From Eledone cirrhosa (Eukaryota), in the NCBI GenBank assembly GCA_964016885.1, contig OZ024742.1, forward strand, positions 228,160,001 to 228,224,000: a DNA stretch of 64,000 nt. The letters run 5' to 3'. Below the pieces are notes generated by a model, which saw only the letters and a list, made by a program, of their open reading frames with translations, ran no database searches and was not told where the DNA came from. Made by a program: the position numbers and the translations under genes. Below are positions 56,366 to 64,000 of the stretch, piece by piece; position 1 is the first letter of the stretch, and every line of letters starts with the position of its first letter.

Positions 56366-57209
56366 AATCTCAGTAAAACAGGCAAATAGATAGATAAGAC
56401 AGAGTGTCAAAAACAGATAGATAGATATAATTATTTTGCACACACTTACAATGAAGTGTGTGTGTATTAAATCAAGACACAACACTGAGATTTCGTAAAT
56501 ACGCATGATCAACCGGATGTTGACTTCATTTTCAGCCTGTTGTATATAAAGGATATTTCAACATTATTTTTATGCATCTGTACAGTAAATCTATTTAGTA
56601 TATAACGTAAGTAGCCATATTTATCTAATATATATAGGGAGAAGGAATTACTGTAGGACAGAGGGAGAAATAGAGAATATTGGTAATTATTCTCCATTCA
56701 ACAAAATGTCCAACCGCCAGTACTGATTGACCAACAATAGTTGTATAAATATACAAGGTATTTTATCTTCTTAAAGTTGTTTTCTTTATTTAATCGTAGG
56801 ATGGAGCAAATCATTTTTATCACGAACATATATATTCTATATACAACACAAAGACAAAAACAAACTTCCATTCATTATTCACATTTCTTCACTCTCTTAC
56901 CATATTCCATAAAAGCGGCTTTGGTGAAAGAAAGCCTTCGTCCCGTGTCAGCAGGCATTCAGTTTAGTGGCAATATGCCCTATTACGAAAGACTAGTCCA
57001 CTAGTGCAAGCATTGCAACACTAAAATAAATGTGATGAAAGACTGAAGATTACAGCATTTGGGGATTGAGCTGATGCACTGTAGGTTTGAGAAGAGTCTT
57101 CAGACTCACCAAATATGTGTCAACCTCTCTAGTTCTTGTGTGACAAATCTTGATTATCATATGTAATGTCACACTATCTGAAGATATACCTGTATTTCAA
57201 CATATATAT

Positions 57210-57422
57210 AATTGTTTCTACATTCGGCACAAGGCCAGCAATTTGAAGGTGAAGGGAAAAGTTGATTAAATCGACCTCAGTGCATTAGTGGTGCTTTATT
57301 TTATCGGCCCCATAAGGATGAAATTGAAAGCTAAACTTGACTCGATTTGAACTCGGAACGTAAAGAGCTATAACGCTGTGCCACAAATCATATTGTCTGA
57401 CGCTCTGCCGATCTACCGCCTA
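57210..57422 (-). mobile_element. OR-like SINE
   Basis: Reverse complement of SINE at 21742, including B-box and aggcggtag head. Confidence 0.7.
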
Positions 57423-57489
57423 ACATCTACTAATATATAATTGTTTCTACTTTTGGTAGAATGCCCTTGTGTTTTTGCAAAGGGAGATA

Positions 57490-58395
57490 ACTCATCTATG
57501 TTTCAGTGGTGGTTTGACGCTAAACTCCGTCAGTTGCAGACTGCACATCAACATGAGAACGTGAGCCCGCTTGTGAGACGGGCTGGGACTTAGCCCCGTA
57601 GACGTCCTTCCTCCTCCCCCTGTTGGCGTCAAGTCCCCCCAACGCACTTGGGATGCCATCCAGTGCAGCCTAGCCTCAGACAGGCTCACGCGCCAGCTCG
57701 ACCAGCACCGCCTTGCTTGTTTTCGTGCGGCCTCCAAACCCCACAGTGGTGCCTGGCTCCATGCCCTGCCCTCCTTCCCCACTAGCACGCAGCTAAACAA
57801 CCATAGCCTGCGAATCGGCGTTTCCCTGAGGCTCGGCCGTGGACTCTTTTGGCCTCCACCCGCTTTCCTGTCGCCACAGTTCCGGCCGCATTCCACGCCA
57901 TGCTGCCCTCAACGAGGTCATTAAGCATGGCTTGGACGCTGCAGGCTTCCCTTCCCAGCTCGAGCCGGTGGGGCTGGATCGAGGGGACGGCAAAAGGCGA
58001 GATGGCATGACCATCTTCCTGTTCCACGGTGGAAAACCACTCGTCTGGGATGCCACTTGCACCGACACTTTCTGCAGCCGCAACCTGGTGCAGTCTGCGA
58101 CTGACCCGGGTTCTGCTGCACGTCGGGCTGAGGGGGCCAAACTCCCCAAATACCGGTTGCTCTCCGACAGGTTTGCGGTCGTACTCCTGGCAGTGGAGAC
58201 TTCTGGTGTCCTCGGCCCCAGGGCTACCTCCTTACTCACCACCATAGGCGCTGAGCTGGCCAGCCGCAGGTATGAGCCCTGCGAGTTGGGAGTGCTTTTC
58301 CAGTGCGTCTCCCTTGCCGTCCTCTGGGGAAACGCCTTCTCCATTCTGTCCGCCGGGGCTGTGGGTGGGCCCCATCGCGTACCAATACATTAGTT
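57490..58395 (+). mobile_element. CRE-like retrotransposon 3' fragment (RLE)
   Basis: DSFGLHPLSC..S.GRIPRHAALN, LEPVGLDRGDGKRRDG.T, VWDATCTDT, AVETSGVLGP, GNA. Confidence 0.85.
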
Positions 58396-58574
58396 AAATA
58401 TCATTCTTTCATCTGATATATCTCTAAATTATATTTTTTTTCTCCACAAAGTTCGTTTTCTCCACACAGCAGAGTTTAAAGAGCAAAGATCAAGTCCAGT
58501 TCATAGGTTGATTACATTCACACAATGTATATGTTTATGTATACGTATGTATTTATAATTTATATAACTGTTAA

Positions 58575-58960
58575 TTGGACGACAAAGTCACTTCAGAAGC
58601 TCTTTACATTCCAGAACCACATCATGAGTCTTATGACTGGCAAGCGGCTCAGCGACCATATCTGTTTCAGTGAGCTGCTCAACATTACCAGATTTAGACC
58701 AATTGTATCAATTGTGAAGTTAAAAGTACTCAAATTATACGGTCATATAAAAAGATCAACTCATGGTGTGAGTAGGTTATGCCTGGAAGGAAGGCTGGCT
58801 GGTAAGAGAAGTAGAGGCCAGCAGCCAAAACGATGGCTTGATAATGTCATCTTATAGACTGGACTTGTCTTTGCTCTTTAAACTCTGCTGTGGGTGATCG
58901 AACATTGTGGAGAAAAATATCTCACGTTGATGCACATTCTGCAACTGGCAGAGTTTAGCG
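58575..58960 (+). mobile_element. RTE-like LINE 3' fragment
   Basis: LKLYGHIKR...LEGRLAGKRSRGQQPKRWLDNV. Confidence 0.65.
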
Positions 58961-59643
58961 TCAAAGTAGTAGTGGGTATGTAATAATTATTTTTAACTAG
59001 CGTTCTTAGAATGGCTACACTTTTGTGAGTGTATGTGTGTGCAAGTGTGTGTATGTGTATGTGAATGTTTTTGTGTGAGTATGTGTGTCAGTATTTCTGT
59101 GTCTGAGTGTTTGTGTGTCTGACTGTATGTTGTGTGAGTATGTGTATGTGTTGTCCAAGGAGCCAAGTCCCTAGCAATATCGAAATAAATTAAAATTATC
59201 AAGAATATAAAACGGCCACAGTTGAAAGGTATATACAAATACACATCTTCTCTTTAACCGTCATCTTTGACAGCACAGAGACAGCTAGTATATATAATGT
59301 TAAATAACTTAAAAGTGTAGCAATTGACTATAAATATACAAACATCACAAAATATTGGATGTTATAATTTTATTTACAAATTAAGAAGTAAACTTCAATT
59401 GGTCTTGTAAATGGTTATATCTAGAGTTTATCAATTATAGAAATGTAGTAAAATTTCCACCATTATATCTTTACATTTTAGGTATCCTCTATATCTTATA
59501 CAGTTTCTTTATTCTTCCAGAATATCAGATGACATTGGTATTAATGAAATCTTTACATCAGATACATCATTGATATTTATCATCTTTTAAATACAATAGG
59601 AAGATATTATACAGATATAAAAAGAAGAGAAAAAAGAAAAATT

Positions 59644-62352
59644 ATGGAAAATAATTTATGGGAGGAACAGCTGAAAATTAAGACAGAGTCTGAAAGAAAT
59701 GATTTTCCTGGCGAGTTACTGAATGAGATAGGAAAATCATCATACCATTGTGATGTCTGTGGTAAATCATTCTCTCACAATGACACTTTAACTATACACA
59801 AACGTGTACATACAGGTGAGGAACCATATCATTGTGATATTTATGGGAAACCATTCTCTGAAGGAAGTAACTTAAACATACACAAACCTGTTCATACTGC
59901 AGAGAAAGAATTTCACTGTGATATCTGTGGTAAATCATTCTCTAGAAGTAGTGTTTTAACTGGACATAAACATATTCATACAGGAGAGAAGCCATATCAC
60001 TGCGATGTCTGTAATAAATCATACAAAGAAAGAGGTGCTTTAACTATACACAAAAGCACTCATACAGGAAGACCTTATCCCTGTGATATCTGTGGTAAAA
60101 CATTTTCTAGACATGGTCAATTAATTATACACAAAAGTATTCATACAGGAGAGAAGCCATATCACTGTGACATCTGTGGTAAATCATTCTCTACAAGTAC
60201 TATTTTATCTTCACATAAACGTATTCATACCGGAGAGAAGCCATATCATTGTGATATTTGTGGTAAATCATTCTCTGGAAGTGGTGAACTTGAAAGACAC
60301 AGGAATATTCATACAGGAGAGAAGCCATATCATTGTGATATTTGTGATAAATCATTCTCTGGAAGTAGTGACTTAAAAAGACACAAGCATATTCATACAG
60401 AAGAGAAACCATATGACTGTAGCATCTGTGGTAAATTGTTCTCTAGCAGAGGTTGCTTAACTATACACAAGCGTATTCATACAGGAGAAAAGCCATATCA
60501 CTGTGTTATCTGTGGTAAATCATTTGCTCAAAATGGGAGCTTAACTGTACACAAACGTGTACATACAGGAGAAAAGCCATATCACTGTGATGTGTGTGGT
60601 AAATCATTCTCTAGAAAAACTCACAGTTGTTTTCGTGCAGGAGAGAAGCCATTTGACTGTTGTTACTGTGGTAAATCATTCTCAAGCAGAACTCACAATT
60701 GTGTTCATAAACGAAAGAAGCCATATCACTGTGACATCTGTGGTAAATCATTCTCTACAAGTACTATTTTATCTTTACATAAACGTATTCATACCGGAGA
60801 GAACCCATATCATTGTGATATTTGTGGTAAATCATTCTCTGGAAGTAGTGACTTAAAAAGACACAAGCATATTCATACAGGAGAAAAGCCATATCGCTGT
60901 ATTATCTGTGGTAAATCATTTGCTCAAAATGGGAGCTTAACTGTACACAAACGTGTACATACAGGAGAAAAGCCATATCACTGTGATGTGTGTGGTAAAT
61001 CATTCTCAAGCAGAACTCACAATTGTGTTCATAAACGAAAGAAGCCATATCACTGTGACATCTGTGGTAAATCATTCTCTACAAGTACTGTTTTATCTTT
61101 ACATAAACGTATTCATACCGGAGAGAACCCATATCATTGTGATATTTGTGGTAAATCATTCTCTGGAAGTGGTGACCTTAAAAGACACAGGAATATTCAT
61201 ACAGGAGAGAAGCCATATCATTGTGATATTTGTGGTAAATCATTCTCTGGAAGTAGTGACTTAAAAAGACACAAGCATATTCATACAGGAGAGAAACCAT
61301 ATGACTGTAGCATCTGTGGTAAATTGTTCTCTAGCAGAGGTTGCTTAACTATACACAAGCGTATTCATACAGGAGAAAAGCCATATCACTGTGTTATCTG
61401 TGGTAAATCATTTGCTCAAAATGGGAGCTTAACTGTACACAAACGTGTACATACAGGAGAAAAGCCATATCACTGTGATGTGTGTGGTAAATCATTCTCT
61501 AGAAAAACTCACAGTTGTTTTCGTGCAGGAGAGAAGCCATTTGACTGTTGCCATTGTGGTAAATCATTCTCAAGCAGAACTCACAATTGTGTTCATAAAC
61601 AAGAGAAGCCATATCACTGTGACATCTGTGGTAAATCATTTTCCCACAGAAGTGACTTAACTATACATGAACGTATTCATACAGGGGAAAAACCATATTA
61701 CTGTGACATCTGTGGTAAGTCATTCACTCAGACTGGAACATTAAGTGGACACAAACTTACTCATACAGGAGAGAAGCCATATCATTGTGATATCTGTGGT
61801 AAATCTTTCTCTCGAAATGGTGACTTATCTAAACATAAACTTGTTCATACAGGAGCCAAGTTGAAACTTTGTGATATCTGTGGTCAGTCATTCTCTCATA
61901 CAAATGCCTTAACTAGACATAAACGCATTCACACAGGAGAGAAGCCATATCACTGTGATATCTGTGGTAAATCATTCTCTAATAAAACTCATTTAACAAA
62001 TCACATCCGCATTCATACAGGAGAGAGACCATATCTTTGTGGCATCTGTGGTAAATCTTTCTCTCAAAGTGGTGACTTGATTCGTCACAAACGCACGCAT
62101 ACAGGAGAGAAGCGATATCACTGTGACATCTGTGATAAATCATTCTCTAGCAGTGCTCACAATCGCATTCATACAAGAGAGAAGCTATATCACTGTGACA
62201 TCTGCAGTAAATCATTCTATACACATACTAAATTAACTAAACACAAATGTATTCATACAGAAGAGAAGTCATATCACTGTGATATATGTGATAAATCATA
62301 TCCTAAAAGTAGATCTTTAACTCAACACAAGTGCATTGATACTGCAAAATAG
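59644..62352 (+). CDS. C2H2 zinc-finger protein paralog C (902 aa, ~32 finger units)
   Basis: Intact [18 protein letters not shown] plus finger array; acceptor ttcttccag at 59520. Confidence 0.9.
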   Translation: MENNLWEEQLKIKTESERNDFPGELLNEIGKSSYHCDVCGKSFSHNDTLTIHKRVHTGEEPYHCDIYGKPFSEGSNLNIHKPVHTAEKEFHCDICGKSFSRSSVLTGHKHIHTGEKPYHCDVCNKSYKERGALTIHKSTHTGRPYPCDICGKTFSRHGQLIIHKSIHTGEKPYHCDICGKSFSTSTILSSHKRIHTGEKPYHCDICGKSFSGSGELERHRNIHTGEKPYHCDICDKSFSGSSDLKRHKHIHTEEKPYDCSICGKLFSSRGCLTIHKRIHTGEKPYHCVICGKSFAQNGSLTVHKRVHTGEKPYHCDVCGKSFSRKTHSCFRAGEKPFDCCYCGKSFSSRTHNCVHKRKKPYHCDICGKSFSTSTILSLHKRIHTGENPYHCDICGKSFSGSSDLKRHKHIHTGEKPYRCIICGKSFAQNGSLTVHKRVHTGEKPYHCDVCGKSFSSRTHNCVHKRKKPYHCDICGKSFSTSTVLSLHKRIHTGENPYHCDICGKSFSGSGDLKRHRNIHTGEKPYHCDICGKSFSGSSDLKRHKHIHTGEKPYDCSICGKLFSSRGCLTIHKRIHTGEKPYHCVICGKSFAQNGSLTVHKRVHTGEKPYHCDVCGKSFSRKTHSCFRAGEKPFDCCHCGKSFSSRTHNCVHKQEKPYHCDICGKSFSHRSDLTIHERIHTGEKPYYCDICGKSFTQTGTLSGHKLTHTGEKPYHCDICGKSFSRNGDLSKHKLVHTGAKLKLCDICGQSFSHTNALTRHKRIHTGEKPYHCDICGKSFSNKTHLTNHIRIHTGERPYLCGICGKSFSQSGDLIRHKRTHTGEKRYHCDICDKSFSSSAHNRIHTREKLYHCDICSKSFYTHTKLTKHKCIHTEEKSYHCDICDKSYPKSRSLTQHKCIDTAK

Positions 62353-63200
62353 ATTTGAAATAGAGAAAAGCCATATCAATGTGTTATCTGGTAAATCACT
62401 CTCTCAAAAATCTCTGTTAACTACACATGTATGTTGTAATACATTAGTGTAACTATATCAATGTGAAAACTCATTCGATAAAGAACATCTCATATACCCA
62501 TAAAAGTATTCACATGACAAAGAAGATATCACAATGTGTTATAAGAACCTCACACTACTATCTTTCATAGCACAATTATATTCTCATTGGTCAGATAATG
62601 TACTATTGTGATATTTTAAATAAAATTATTCTTTTAGAATACATTTTTGTTTTTCATCTAACATATTTCTAGAAGCATAGATGAGTTGTGAGAAAATAAT
62701 TTAAGAGGAACCAGTGTGCATGAAAGAAGATTGCACTTGTGTATAGATGATTATCATTGGGTGAAGAAGTATCAGGAGATCTGAGTTTGAAGAAGCTGCA
62801 GTTGAGGTAGATGAAGAAAGACTTGGATAGATCTGGTGAGAGCAGATCTCAAAACACTGAACCTCAGAGTAGAGGATAAAGGAGTTCAACAAATGGAAGG
62901 AGGCTATACTGAGAAAATCTCATCTAACCCATGTAAACATGGAAAAGCTGATGTATAATGATGTTTGTTTGACATTGTGGGTAAATGGCTGAGAAATGTA
63001 TTCTTGTAAATTAGTGATAATAACACTGTACCGTTTTTGTGTTAGAAATAAATACCAAATCATAAACGAAAATGTTTCATTATGCCATAGTCAGATTCTA
63101 AATTGATAGATCTTATTTATATAGCATCATTTTCCATGCTTGCATGGTTTAGATGAATTGTCACGTTCTGTGACATGTTAGGATAGGTGACCATATCTTG
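62353..63200 (+). repeat. Duplicated downstream block (paralogous to 39175-40000 and partly 27853-28260)
   Basis: Collinear near-identity of 3' UTR and flank sequence. Confidence 0.85.
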
Positions 63201-64000
63201 CAGATACAGATCTGTTTTAGGTTTGGTTTCTAATGCCAGAGATATTACAGCATGGACTTGATGCTTTTTATACTGACACTAAAATGACCATCAAACTGGG
63301 TGGACTCAATATTTTTGTTTTGTCATTAGTACTAGTACTTTACTGGTTGATCTCAGTGCATTTTTCTTGTTACCATGTTGACTGGGTGCTTTTTTGTTGT
63401 GTCATCCACACTATTTCCTTATTGGGTGGAATGGGTGCTTAATTGTCCTGTCACCAGCTCAACCCCCTTACAAAGTGGTGTGGGTGATTTTGTTGTGACA
63501 TCAGCTCCATCACCACACAAGTTAGACAAAATGTTTTTTTGTAGCAGCAGTCCAGTGGGAGAGCAGGTATGGAGCATGTCCAACTTTCCAAGCTTGTATG
63601 TGTGAGGGAGATCTGAAGTAGGATACTTAGTGGGGGAGGAGGAAGATTGGTGCAGACTAGTGTCCTACATATGTTTCATCCTGTGCACATTGGAAAGCAG
63701 CTTCTCTGTAGTAAAGTTGATTGCCAGAGATTTTGATCCTGTGTCATCTTTCAAATGATTAATTGTGCGATGTCAGTTTTTATCACTTCATCCCAACCTC
63801 CCCTAGGACATCTGTTTCCATAGTTTTTATCAGCTTTGAGTGCCTTGCACCTTTTTATACAGCTGTCATCCTCCATACGCATCACATGTCCATACCATCG
63901 TTATCTCCTCTTCTGCGCACTGCATTTAACTCCACTTATGCTCAGTTTTTTTCTCAGTTCATTGATGCTTCATCATTCATGTACTCTACTTTTCCACATC

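Noticed and set aside
60167-61660. Alternative-frame and antisense ORFs within ZNF arrays
   Set aside because: Shadows of the 84-bp finger periodicity

Overview
AT-rich, repeat-dense eukaryotic DNA. The repeat repertoire and the single-exon '[16 protein letters not shown]' zinc-finger arrays strongly suggest a cephalopod (octopus-like) genome, but that is inference. The host-gene content is a tandem cluster of three paralogous C2H2 zinc-finger genes on the + strand: a frameshifted copy at ~26-27.8 kb, a 502-aa copy at 37.7-39.2 kb and a 902-aa copy at 59.6-62.4 kb, with duplicated flanks. The rest is transposon debris: RTE, CRE-like, R4/Dong-like and CR1-like non-LTR elements, Penelope-like elements (PLEs), Helitrons, Merlin and hATm-like DNA transposons, tRNA-derived SINEs, LTR elements and (TA)n microsatellites. 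Highlights: (1) a 1.68-kb Merlin element (8-bp TSD, empty site visible in the paralogous block) carries what looks like the first coding exon of RMND5/GID2, i.e. a Pack-Merlin; (2) several PLE-associated hammerhead ribozymes, both canonical and core-variant, often in fold-back palindromes within (TA)n tracts; (3) a young 2.1-kb non-autonomous LTR element with a ~32-nt tRNA-Trp match at its PBS. All family calls come from motif recognition by eye, without database searches. Boundaries of decayed elements are approximate.
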